From a virus (lineage: Duplodnaviria > Caudoviricetes): 25,935 nt of DNA. Under the pieces are notes generated by a model. The model searched no databases and was not told the DNA's origin. It saw only the letters and a program-made list of their open reading frames with translations. Position 1 is the stretch's first letter; the number at the start of each line of letters is the position of its first letter. The DNA lies in the IMG/VR virus record IMGVR_UViG_3300020388_000060, positions 1 through 25,935 of that record; one strand, 5' to 3'. The translations under genes were made by a program, and so were the position numbers. This document shows, piece after piece, positions 17,801 through 25,935 of the stretch.

Positions 17801-20435
17801 TGCTACAAATAGTACAGTTCAGTTTTCTGGAGCAATGAATCAAACAATGTATTATGCAAACAGTTCTGATAATGGTATTAGAAAAAATAAAATATGTAAT
17901 ACAGGTTTTCCTCAAGTAAGTTTGGATTTTAATAGTACAAATGGAGAAGTTGGAGGGTCAGGTGAGTTAGGTGCTAATGCTACTTTAATAAACCCAAATT
18001 TACATACTATAGACACGCCAGAAGCTTTGTTTGGAACATTTGATTATAATTTTCAAAGCAATGACTATGTAAAAGTTTGCGGTGTATTAAACGCTTTTTT
18101 AGGCGAAGACTCTCCTGTTTTACATACAGATAACAATGAATTAAATATATTAAGAGCAGACGACGAAAACAAATATTATGGTGGTGGATATTTAACTACA
18201 GGTCTTGGTACAGAGCATGCATCAACTAGAAGTAATACATTTTACAGTAAATATTATATAGATGATACTTTAAAATCAGGACTTAATTTAATTACTCCAA
18301 GCAGATATACTTTTGACGACTTAGGGTCAGGAACATTCGGTGTTTATCAAGAATTAACTTATGCATCAAAAGTAGGTCAAGGAGAAGAGGTAATTAGTTC
18401 TAAACTTGGTGATGCAAATATTAGTCATAATTATAGAAATGGTTGTGGTAATGTAAGCATGAGTAGATTAAGACTTGGTTATGGTAATACTGATGGTACA
18501 ACTAAATGGTATAATACTAGCCTAAATGGTTATAGACCTGGGGATTATGACCGCAATATGCTTAATAATACTTCTGTATTAGCTGCAACTAGAGGAGGTT
18601 TAGATGGTATAGATACAAATGCTTACATATATGGTAAGCAAGAAATACAGCGTTCAGATTTAACTGGCAACCCAAAACTATTTGTAGCACAAAAATTATT
18701 ATGTAAAGTTTATAGACGTTTTAGCTCAGCTACATTATACGGAGGCTCAAGTGAATCTTCTTATGAGAATCAAAAATACAACGCTACAGGAACGTATAAT
18801 TTTGATTTAGATACTTACGAAGCACAAAATGCAGCTAATAGTGGAAACTCTAGTACGGTATATTATCACCCTGTTTTTGGTGGAGATACTTTTGTTACAT
18901 TATTTGGGTTAAGTAAAAATGTTAATCCTAACATGGAAGAAAACAGAACATATGCTCATGGCGCTGCAATAGTATTTCCTGTAGAAACAAGAATAAATAC
19001 AGACCTTCGTTGGGGTGATTATTTTGGTGCTCCTAACGCTATTTCTTCTATGGATATAGAATACGAAGTTAAAGTAAGAGTTCCTAGTACAGAACCATCA
19101 ACTCACTATGGAGGCGCTACTCAATATGAATATGTAACAGAAACAAGAACAAGAACTCAAACAGGTGGTTCTGCTTTAATGCTAGCTTTTCAAGACGAAT
19201 ATTTATATAACAATACTTATAATGTAAATAATTCGTTAAAGTCTTTTTCACAAAAACCATCTACATTTGTAGAGGTTAATGATTTTAAAAACGTTATTGC
19301 GGCTTCTAACCTAAAGTTAGCAGGTGATTTTATGGACGCATTTTCTAGGTTTGACGTTAACGAGTTCTTTGAAGTAGATATGGCTCAAGGTCCTGTATAC
19401 AATTTGTTTAATTTTAAAAACGAATTATTTGTTATACAGAAAGACGCAGTAGGTTTGTTATCTGTTAACCCTAGAGCTTTAATATCAGCAGAAGGTGCAC
19501 CTATACAAGTTGCTACAGGAAGTGGAAATGTAATGCAAAGAATAGATTATTTAGATACAAAATACGGAAGTCAACATTACAATAATGGTGTAACAACAAA
19601 TAAAGGTTTGTATTGGTTTGATGATAATCAATCAGCATTTTGCATGTTACAATACTCAGGAAAAGGGGCAGGTGTTACTGATATATTAGAAACTACACAT
19701 AATAGCAATTTGTTATTCTCTTTAAGAAATTATCAAGTTAACGATAACCCTAAAGAAGTTTCTGAAAGATTAATAGACCAAAGAGGTAAAACTTTTAGCA
19801 AGCGCTCAGCAAAAACTAACATTTCTAGTGTAGGTGGTGTACATTTATATTGGAATCAACTATACAATGAAGTAGGTTTATGTATTACTGGTTTAAATAC
19901 TGCTCCTAACTATATGCACATAGTTTATGACGAGTTGTTAGGAGTTATATCTTCTAAGCGCTCTTATAAAACAGTAGCAAGTTGTTCATATAATGGTAGA
20001 TTGTATTCATTAGGTTATGAAGGTAATTCAGCTAATCTGTCAAAATACAATCTTTTCTTGCACGACGAAAGTAGTACATATAATAATTTTTATGATGTGC
20101 AATCAGGTTCTAATTTTAAAGTTAAATTTGTATGCAATGAAGATGTGTTTACTACTAAAGTATTTGACAAATTAGTAATGTATTTGACAGGAAATCAAAA
20201 TTCAGCAAAATTAACTAAATTTACATTCACAGATTCACTAGGTAATACAGAAACTTTAACTGACCTTACACACGCTAAAATGAAGATGGGTAAACATATA
20301 ATACCAATTAGGTCTAAAACTTCTTCTACAAGGTTAAAAGGAGACTTTATAACTATAGAGGCAGAGTGTAGTGGAACAACAGAAGAAATAGAAATATTTA
20401 GTGCCTTAACTCACTTTAGAAAAATGCAATTATAA
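14832..20435 (+). CDS. Muzzle / tail stabilisation protein (P22 gp10-like) with inserted domains
   Basis: 1867 aa; NTFMKGMASDLD...YQEAVNAR start, IYWTDGVNPLR, GSYSYCYRL, KDNRLFAGN, GYMRGEIYRFGIQF, FGGDTFV, DYLDTKYGSQH and RLKGDF are motifs I recognise from crAss-like muzzle proteins. Confidence 0.85.
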   Translation: MAQKKPNTFMKGMASDLDAHAIPSENYQEAVNARIVSRSDNLFSLKNIPGMKEMPPIGVGGFKIKQKNGFLKGVGNSTTDAFLYQAPRHIKKFNVTITYVGGTTATGSYEWSAYKTSNSIIRATQKGHKDVNKTNYTNIEYTNNQYMGFLYQAITSVPDINTYYDISLKVPSSTYSSFEAEIWFTQKIGVKEISSISVAFDVGTTDPKNIVPNNSSYFKVNSTFGSGDSISDVLETTNGAAFTYDTNQDQFGYFGKCIIQDNKSFKVLDGAVHANPGFIANLNSVIYSVYIVCENWGTNDEIEVIIGDTTTIIGGTDVNGLGAALANATKIVTGTGSNASVPFEFKAKDGTLTVRHFSIKAAGGSYTLAEDTFWETETFTKTYTLIDMCEFSEYLCVLAHHKTNDDAVFKFEFDTTGSCTNIQPLIFGDFGFNAKTSIRLAKIEENDAYERIYWTDGVNPLRGLNILGDHEYYAKLAETGLNVIQTGNLQPPVVNSIIQGGALPCGSYSYCYRLMTGDGKMSTVSPISNPVSVYATNKSNQAHAIQGGDLDTISGKIISLGVSNIDTTFTRIQVIAIRFISQEGAAICSVIADEKVFGDTMEFFHTGNSPEIPLTLYEVLAQGKTWDSCKTLAIKDNRLFAGNLTNTSYDLGLTSTSFRVVSYRNAGVDGAYQTWDYAANGYDIPDSDELGKGLFAPDHYMLPDDATVSTNKYRYIKLYDGTGTTGQTNDSNSARVFGYETPNFGSKTTDIGVRVTFGMKEFTLDDDVNNYYRGQTENGKYATAPFYGPNSPNEDSLDGFYNNYKNPLFAQNYTGYMRGEIYRFGIQFYDKGGESTFVYPIGDIRMPDMSAEYRELRNDGEVYSALASVSLTSGVYNNTDATITHAGSTDIRVGMSVTSDKAGIPANSYVASITSNTVFELNAAAESSQTGCVLSLSTSGTTLDSDLPKTYLTCNDKGKGYILFPEFRVKLPNSIRSKISGYSIVRVHRDATNSTVQFSGAMNQTMYYANSSDNGIRKNKICNTGFPQVSLDFNSTNGEVGGSGELGANATLINPNLHTIDTPEALFGTFDYNFQSNDYVKVCGVLNAFLGEDSPVLHTDNNELNILRADDENKYYGGGYLTTGLGTEHASTRSNTFYSKYYIDDTLKSGLNLITPSRYTFDDLGSGTFGVYQELTYASKVGQGEEVISSKLGDANISHNYRNGCGNVSMSRLRLGYGNTDGTTKWYNTSLNGYRPGDYDRNMLNNTSVLAATRGGLDGIDTNAYIYGKQEIQRSDLTGNPKLFVAQKLLCKVYRRFSSATLYGGSSESSYENQKYNATGTYNFDLDTYEAQNAANSGNSSTVYYHPVFGGDTFVTLFGLSKNVNPNMEENRTYAHGAAIVFPVETRINTDLRWGDYFGAPNAISSMDIEYEVKVRVPSTEPSTHYGGATQYEYVTETRTRTQTGGSALMLAFQDEYLYNNTYNVNNSLKSFSQKPSTFVEVNDFKNVIAASNLKLAGDFMDAFSRFDVNEFFEVDMAQGPVYNLFNFKNELFVIQKDAVGLLSVNPRALISAEGAPIQVATGSGNVMQRIDYLDTKYGSQHYNNGVTTNKGLYWFDDNQSAFCMLQYSGKGAGVTDILETTHNSNLLFSLRNYQVNDNPKEVSERLIDQRGKTFSKRSAKTNISSVGGVHLYWNQLYNEVGLCITGLNTAPNYMHIVYDELLGVISSKRSYKTVASCSYNGRLYSLGYEGNSANLSKYNLFLHDESSTYNNFYDVQSGSNFKVKFVCNEDVFTTKVFDKLVMYLTGNQNSAKLTKFTFTDSLGNTETLTDLTHAKMKMGKHIIPIRSKTSSTRLKGDFITIEAECSGTTEEIEIFSALTHFRKMQL
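17430..17651 (+). repeat. Inserted ~70-aa module, copy 2
   Basis: VYNNTDATITHAGSTDIRVGMSVTSDKAGIPANSYVASITSNTVFELNAA; homologous to 12011..12232. Confidence 0.85.
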
Positions 20436-21481
20436 TGCCTATACCAAATAAAATAACAAGCCCTGTTGCTAAAACTTTTATGAACCCTAAAAGTATTCCA
20501 TTAGAATTTCAAAGACCTATATTGTCTTTAGATGCTTTTAACAACGTTTATACAGGTAGAGCAAATGTGGGTGCTAAATATAATGTAAACCCTAATCTTC
20601 AGTTGAGTGCAGGAGTTTCTATGCACACACCTACATATCAAAAAAATTTAACAACAATTCCAGGGCAAGAAAAGTTTGGTATTTCTCAATTCAACACAGG
20701 ATTAAAATACACTTTTGATAAAGGTGGCTATGTTAAAAAGTATTATAATGGTGGTGATGTCGGCATAGATTTAAGTCAATATAATAGCGCTTCTTCAGGA
20801 AGTTATTCTTGGGACGCTCCTGCTGCTGATTTTGTAACAGCTGACGCAGGAAATACAGGTGGAGGTGGCCCTAACATGGGTAATGTAAGTTCAGGATTAA
20901 GCGCAGTATCTTCAATAGCATCAGCACTTGATAATGACCCAAATAGTTTTGGTGCTGCAGATACTATAGGGACTGTAGCACAATTTGCTTCTATGGGAGC
21001 TGCAGCAGGCCCTATTGGAGCTGGTGTTGGTGCTCTCGTAGGTGGTGTAGTAAGTATTTTTAAGAAAAGACAGCAAGATAAAGCTAACGCTAAAGCTGAG
21101 AGAGAAAGAAAAAAGAAAATAAGAGTTGCTGAAAAGAAAGAACATTTATCATCAATACAAGATGATAGAATGGCTGAAGCAGAGTCTTCTGCTAAAGCAC
21201 AAGGTGAATTGCTAGCTACAGCTAAAAGCTTATCATCTACTAGTGCAGGAAAATACTTTTACAACAAAGGTGGTATGACGCAAGGTGCTTACAACCACTC
21301 TACTAACCCATTAACTGTTGTAGATAAATATGGTAACAATACAGGTATGGAGTTAACAGGTGGTGAAGGAGTATTTGATAAACCTGCAATGAATAGAATT
21401 AAAGCATTTGCTAAAGGAGGAAACTTTCAGCAATTAGGTCAATTCGTAAGCAACGAAATGCAAACTTGGAAACATAAATAG
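20435..21481 (+). CDS. Putative ejection/cargo protein with glycine-zipper membrane segment
   Basis: 348 aa, TAATG-coupled to the muzzle gene; hydrophobic GAAAGPIGAGVGALVGGVVSIF followed by a basic coiled coil; N-terminal amphipathic beta segment; four [F/Y]xxGG motifs. Confidence 0.7.
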   Translation: MPIPNKITSPVAKTFMNPKSIPLEFQRPILSLDAFNNVYTGRANVGAKYNVNPNLQLSAGVSMHTPTYQKNLTTIPGQEKFGISQFNTGLKYTFDKGGYVKKYYNGGDVGIDLSQYNSASSGSYSWDAPAADFVTADAGNTGGGGPNMGNVSSGLSAVSSIASALDNDPNSFGAADTIGTVAQFASMGAAAGPIGAGVGALVGGVVSIFKKRQQDKANAKAERERKKKIRVAEKKEHLSSIQDDRMAEAESSAKAQGELLATAKSLSSTSAGKYFYNKGGMTQGAYNHSTNPLTVVDKYGNNTGMELTGGEGVFDKPAMNRIKAFAKGGNFQQLGQFVSNEMQTWKHK

Positions 21482-21483
21482 TT

Positions 21484-23772
21484 ATGGGTAATTGGAATAG
21501 CGCTTACGCCTTGAGCGCAAAAAATGAAGGCAATATTTCTACAGACAAAAATGATACTGGAAACATCTTTAATCTAGGCGGTACAGAGATGTTTGTAGGA
21601 ACAAGATATGGTCAGACATTTGAAAACTGGATAGCATATAAGAAAAAGAAAAAACCAACTACTAAAACAGAATTTGAGTCACTAAAAAAAGAGTTTGGAA
21701 AGGTTTCTAAAGAAGATGTAAAGGCATCTTTTAAAGCGCAGTATTGGGATAAATATAATTTAGACAAAATAACAGATGATAAAGTTGCTTCTAACATATA
21801 CGATGCAATGATTAATCAATCTTATACTTTAGGAGGCTCAGGAAGTCATAAAACTTTATCTGATGTATTAAATAGTTTAGGTTATGAAACGGATGCTAAA
21901 ACAAGTTTTGATACAAACCAAAAAGCATTAGATGCTATAAATAAAGCAATTGCAGAAAAAGGTGGAGAAGCTGTTAATACCGCATATAGCAATAGGAGAG
22001 AAGAATCTTATATGGGTTCAAAAACAGTTGATGAGCATGGAAAAGGTTGGTTAAAAAGACTTAATGAATATAGGAACGAAGAAAACCAATATTCACAAAA
22101 CGAATTAAATGAAATGTCATTTACTAACGATTCGACTAGTAATATGGCTGTTCTTGATGAAATAAGAAACCAAAATATTAATGTAGATGAAGGTACTGTA
22201 GATAAAGGCTCTGAAATTAAAAATAAAGATAACCTTGATTACTTAAAAAGAAGAGCGTCTGAAGGTGGTTATGAATTGTCCGATGAGGATAATAAAAAAA
22301 TTACAGATTTAGCTGAAGAACAAAGAGTTCAATGGTCAAAACTAGGTAAGCCTGGTTTAATGGATTTAGCGGCAAATGCATTTGGAGTAGGACCAAAAAA
22401 ATTAGGTGTAGACGATGATATGTCAAATGCTGTAATGAGACAGCAGGTTATTGAATCGCTTAGTTCAGATATTAACGTTAATACACCAGAAGGTAAAAAA
22501 CAACTAAGACAAAGATTAAAATCTTATACAGATTTAATTGGTTCTGATGAATACAAAGACAAAGTAGCAAGTTTATCAGGTGGCGTTAGAGATTCTTCAT
22601 ATGAAAACATGATTGAAGATATATCTGCTGATTATAGATTGTTTATTAATGATGCTAATGAACAGCTAGGCTTAGAAGGTAGTGATGCAATAGGATACGA
22701 AATTAAAAGTGAAGAGCATCTTGATAAATCTTTTGATGAAGAAGGTGTTATATCAGATAACAAAGCAATATTGCAACAAGAAATAGATGCAGGAAATCAA
22801 GAAATAATAGATGATGTAGCTAAAAATGGTATGGATGCGGTAGCTGCAGATTTAGCAGGCGCACAAGCTGATGCTGCATCAAGAGGTGAAGAGGCTGACG
22901 CTGCAACTCTTTTAGCTTTAAAAAAGAAAGAAGATGAAATGTCTGCTCTTTCTAAATCTTTAACAGAAGGAGTTAAAGCAGGTGAGGCTATAGAATTTGA
23001 TGAAGAAATAGAAGAAGAAGATGATATTAGCGCTCTTTTAGAAGAAGGAAAAAAAGATAAAGGAAAAGAAAAAACACCGCTTACTGACGAACAAAAAGCA
23101 GTAAGAAATAAAAAGTGGATGCAAGCAGGTCAGGCAGGTTTAGGTATACTAAAAGCTGCTGCAGGTATTAAATCTTTATCTAAAGCTTTACAAGAACATA
23201 AGGTAGATGTTCCTGAGTTATCTCCTTTACTAACAGAAGCTGTTAATAAACAAAGAGAGCTTTCTAAAGCAGGGTTTACTGCGCAAGAAAAAGCCTCTGC
23301 TATGACTAATATTAACAATGCTTATGCTAGTGCAATGAAGAATGTACTTCGTGCATCAGGAGGGCAAAGAGGTGCTTTTTTAGCTAATCAAGGTGTAGTA
23401 GATGCAAATAGAGTTGGAGCATTAGTAGACTTAGCAGCTAAAGACGCAGCAGTAAGAAGACAAAATATACAAGGATTTAATCAGTTAGCTTCATCTGTAG
23501 GTCAAATGCAGTTAAATAGAGATATGACTGTAGAGCAAATGAAACAGCAAACAGTAAATCAAAATAAACAACTATTAAGTGGTATAGGAACTAATTTATT
23601 GTCAGGAGCTTTAGATGAAGCATCTTATTATTTAAACCCTAATAGAAAGGCTATGGATGAAATGACAAGTAATATACTACAAAGCTTAGGTGGGGGTAAT
23701 AGTGGATATGACCCTGCTGCAAGCTCACAAGCAAATATAACAGCAGCATCACAACAAAACGCCGAAAAATAA
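21484..23772 (+). CDS. Putative ejection protein with N-terminal GH108-family muramidase domain
   Basis: aa 1-193 contain NEGNISTDKNDTGN, GTRYGQT, YWDKYNLDKI, IYDAMIN and GWLKRL, matching glycoside hydrolase 108 plus its C-terminal peptidoglycan-binding helices; then an acidic linker and an Ala/Gln-rich helical C-terminus. Confidence 0.78.
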   Translation: MGNWNSAYALSAKNEGNISTDKNDTGNIFNLGGTEMFVGTRYGQTFENWIAYKKKKKPTTKTEFESLKKEFGKVSKEDVKASFKAQYWDKYNLDKITDDKVASNIYDAMINQSYTLGGSGSHKTLSDVLNSLGYETDAKTSFDTNQKALDAINKAIAEKGGEAVNTAYSNRREESYMGSKTVDEHGKGWLKRLNEYRNEENQYSQNELNEMSFTNDSTSNMAVLDEIRNQNINVDEGTVDKGSEIKNKDNLDYLKRRASEGGYELSDEDNKKITDLAEEQRVQWSKLGKPGLMDLAANAFGVGPKKLGVDDDMSNAVMRQQVIESLSSDINVNTPEGKKQLRQRLKSYTDLIGSDEYKDKVASLSGGVRDSSYENMIEDISADYRLFINDANEQLGLEGSDAIGYEIKSEEHLDKSFDEEGVISDNKAILQQEIDAGNQEIIDDVAKNGMDAVAADLAGAQADAASRGEEADAATLLALKKKEDEMSALSKSLTEGVKAGEAIEFDEEIEEEDDISALLEEGKKDKGKEKTPLTDEQKAVRNKKWMQAGQAGLGILKAAAGIKSLSKALQEHKVDVPELSPLLTEAVNKQRELSKAGFTAQEKASAMTNINNAYASAMKNVLRASGGQRGAFLANQGVVDANRVGALVDLAAKDAAVRRQNIQGFNQLASSVGQMQLNRDMTVEQMKQQTVNQNKQLLSGIGTNLLSGALDEASYYLNPNRKAMDEMTSNILQSLGGGNSGYDPAASSQANITAASQQNAEK

Positions 23773-25560
23773 ATGGATTATTCAAAAGTAAATACAGCTC
23801 TTTCTGGCTGGGTAGGTTCAGGAGAAAGAAATAGAAGACAACAGTCAGAGTTAGCTCAAGTTATGCAGTTAGCTCAAACGCAACAACTTATACAGGCTCA
23901 AAATGAAAAAGCCGAAGTAGAAATGGAAACTTACCTTAATGACATTAAGGCTAAGGCTAGTCAAGTTGCAATGCGAAATGAAGATGTAGATTTTGTACAA
24001 TCTTTATATGACGAAAACAGAGATATATTTCTAGCTGAATTAGAAAAGCATGGTAACGACCCTGTTAGATTTATGAACTCAGGAGGTAGAAGAGTGCTTA
24101 GAGATTTCTCTAAAAACGTTCTACATGGAGAGGAATCTAAAAGAATAAAAATGAATACATCAGAAATACAGAAGTATTATGATGCAGAGTTAAGAGATAA
24201 TGGTAAATATAGAAACACTATATCTCATTCATCAAGACAAGACTTGGTAGACTTTTTAAGTGGAGATAGAGATGTATTTAGATTTAAGTCTATCGTTCCG
24301 TTAGATTTAAGTTTATCTGAAGATGACTATGCTGGAGCTAATAGTAAAGCAGAAGCTATATTAGGCAAAGAAGGTAACTATATGTCTGCAGTTGCTAATT
24401 ATAATATAGAGTATGATTTACCTGATGACTATAGACCTTCGCAAGAAGAATTAATTGGTTATGTAAATAATTATTACCCACAAACAGGTGCAGGAAAAGA
24501 CGCAGCTTTTGTAAGTGGAGGTTCTGAGCAGGGTGGCGTATCTGTATCTGTAGCAGGAGATATGCGTAATCAATACAACTCTATTAAATCTAAACAAGTG
24601 TCTACTGCTAACATTGGTAAAGATGATGCACAATATCAAACATTCTTATCAGACTTTAACTTAGCTAATATTAATTACAATGTTAGTCCTGAAAACACTG
24701 ATGTAGTTGGTCATAGAGCTTTCCAAGGTAAAGAGTTAGATTTTGCAAAAGTATTTGTAGATGGTAGCTTGGACGAAGAAAAAGGTATTACTGAAATATC
24801 TAACTATCAAGTAAACAACTCAGACGGACAATGGTATGACGAGGACGGAATGATGATGTTATCTGGTAATGAAATGCCTGATATGAACGTAGGTGGTGTT
24901 TTCTTAGCTTATAGAATACCTGACGGTAGAGATGAACAAGGAAGATTAAAAACCCGTCTTGTTAAGGCAGAAGACTTAGAAGAAGAACCACAAAACGCAG
25001 AACATGTGTTAGTTCAAGAGTTCGAGGATTGGGGATTGTTTAATAATGACCACTTCTATAAAGAACTTAAAATGCAAGGTCAAAGCGGTAAGATGTCGCA
25101 AATGAATGGTATCCTAGGTAAGGACGCTGAATACAAAAGAGTTCAGCAAACATCTCCTGAAGATGCGCCAGAGTATGATTCTAAGTTTGCATTAACTCCA
25201 AGTACATCAGCAGAAGATTTATCTACTCACGTACAAAGCTTAAACTTCCCGTTAAACGTATCTATGGGTAAATTAAATATCGAGAAACATAATATGAAAG
25301 CTCGAAGTATTTTATTAGCTTTGTCAATGGCTGGAAATCAAGACCATAAGTATGCTGTAGAAAGTATATATAGAGATTACAACAGAGATACTAATCCTGA
25401 ATTATATAAAGCTTTAAGGTCTGGAGATACTAATGTATTCTTTGATACTTTATTAAAAGACTATATGAAAAAAGGTGCTTCAGAGAAAGAAGCAAGACGG
25501 TATCTAACAGAGGTAGATAAGTTAAGAATAAAGATTTTACAAGCTCAAAACATAGAATAG
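23773..25560 (+). CDS. Putative ejection/cargo protein, function unknown
   Basis: 595-aa open frame abutting the previous gene; Q/E-rich helical N-terminus; function inferred from position only. Confidence 0.6.
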   Translation: MDYSKVNTALSGWVGSGERNRRQQSELAQVMQLAQTQQLIQAQNEKAEVEMETYLNDIKAKASQVAMRNEDVDFVQSLYDENRDIFLAELEKHGNDPVRFMNSGGRRVLRDFSKNVLHGEESKRIKMNTSEIQKYYDAELRDNGKYRNTISHSSRQDLVDFLSGDRDVFRFKSIVPLDLSLSEDDYAGANSKAEAILGKEGNYMSAVANYNIEYDLPDDYRPSQEELIGYVNNYYPQTGAGKDAAFVSGGSEQGGVSVSVAGDMRNQYNSIKSKQVSTANIGKDDAQYQTFLSDFNLANINYNVSPENTDVVGHRAFQGKELDFAKVFVDGSLDEEKGITEISNYQVNNSDGQWYDEDGMMMLSGNEMPDMNVGGVFLAYRIPDGRDEQGRLKTRLVKAEDLEEEPQNAEHVLVQEFEDWGLFNNDHFYKELKMQGQSGKMSQMNGILGKDAEYKRVQQTSPEDAPEYDSKFALTPSTSAEDLSTHVQSLNFPLNVSMGKLNIEKHNMKARSILLALSMAGNQDHKYAVESIYRDYNRDTNPELYKALRSGDTNVFFDTLLKDYMKKGASEKEARRYLTEVDKLRIKILQAQNIE

Positions 25561-25561
25561 T

Positions 25562-25935
25562 ATGGCTAATGATGCATGGGAAGGTGCAGTAGGTACACCC
25601 CAACAAGACGTAACTCAATACGACCAATCTTTAGATAGCTCATTTCAAGAACCACAAATACAAGAAGGCTTAAACACTCAGCAGGTACAAACACCTGCTA
25701 TTGTTGATGATGGCTCTCAATCTTGGGGAGGCTCTCTTGATGCTATGGCTCAACCACAAATAGGTGGTGAAATGAACCAAGAAATAGAAGACCTACCTGA
25801 AGCAGGAGTTCCTGGTATTGACTATGATATGGGACACCTAGAAACTATAGGTCGTTCTATTATGGTAGGTTTTGGTGACTTTTTTACATCAATGGGTGAC
25901 TTAGCTGATTTTGTATCAGGAACAGGCTCTAAAGA
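25562..25935 (+). CDS. 5' part of a gene truncated by the window edge (probably a large virion-injected protein)
   Basis: ATG 1 nt after the previous stop; the frame is open for 124 codons to the window end (MANDAWEGAVGTPQQ...GRSIMVGFGDFFTSMGDLADFVSGTGSK). Not in the supplied ORF track. Confidence 0.75.
   Translation, partial: MANDAWEGAVGTPQQDVTQYDQSLDSSFQEPQIQEGLNTQQVQTPAIVDDGSQSWGGSLDAMAQPQIGGEMNQEIEDLPEAGVPGIDYDMGHLETIGRSIMVGFGDFFTSMGDLADFVSGTGSK

Noticed and set aside
23770-23775. In-frame TAA-ATG junction suggesting a readthrough fusion of two cargo genes
   Set aside because: TAA is the least leaky stop, and neighbouring genes show 0-2 nt spacing or TAATG overlap, so ordinary translational coupling explains it.
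370-25560. Stop-codon reassignment (TAG or TGA), known in some crAss-like phages
   Set aside because: Genes are full length and densely packed under the standard code, and TAG is followed closely by new starts (12412, 21481, 25560). No accepted gene ends in TGA, but no gene is broken by in-frame TGA either, so there is no evidence of recoding.
866-25627. The other minus-strand ORFs in the track and the nested + ORF 5710..5907
   Set aside because: All lie largely within longer, well-supported + strand genes and have shadow-ORF composition.
1-25935. tRNA, CRISPR array, diversity-generating retroelement or integrase
   Set aside because: Apart from the leader, intergenic spaces are at most ~110 bp, with no cloverleaf or repeat-spacer pattern. 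The two copies of the ~70-aa module differ at all base types and by indels, not only at adenines, and no reverse transcriptase or recombinase is present.
23773-25935. Calling the last genes virion RNA polymerase subunits
   Set aside because: Plausible by crAss-like synteny, but no DxDxD-type catalytic motif is visible in the window.

Overview
This window is the virion morphogenesis module of an AT-rich, crAss-like (Crassvirales-related) podovirus-type phage, with all credible genes on the + strand. The order is: a ~360 bp non-coding leader, a small Lys-rich protein, a hypothetical gene, a candidate terminase small subunit, the terminase large subunit, portal, an acidic scaffold-like protein, the major capsid protein, small virion genes that include three tandem paralog pairs, ring/connector proteins, an HU/IHF-like protein, a tail tubular protein, a 1867-aa muzzle/tail-stabilisation protein, and candidate ejection (cargo) proteins, one with an N-terminal GH108 muramidase domain. 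A further gene runs off the right edge. TAnnTTTG promoter elements and A-rich starts lacking Shine-Dalgarno sequences point to a Bacteroidota host. The standard genetic code fits. The most notable observations are: (i) a recurring [F/Y]xxGG motif at module boundaries of an ejection-type protein, one copy overlapping an internal outer-membrane beta-signal (GLKYTF); (ii) paralog pairs in which the second copy carries an inserted domain; (iii) the same ~70-aa module inserted in two unrelated virion proteins; (iv) apparent absence of GATC and CCGG. All family assignments come from motif recognition and gene order by eye, not from database searches.
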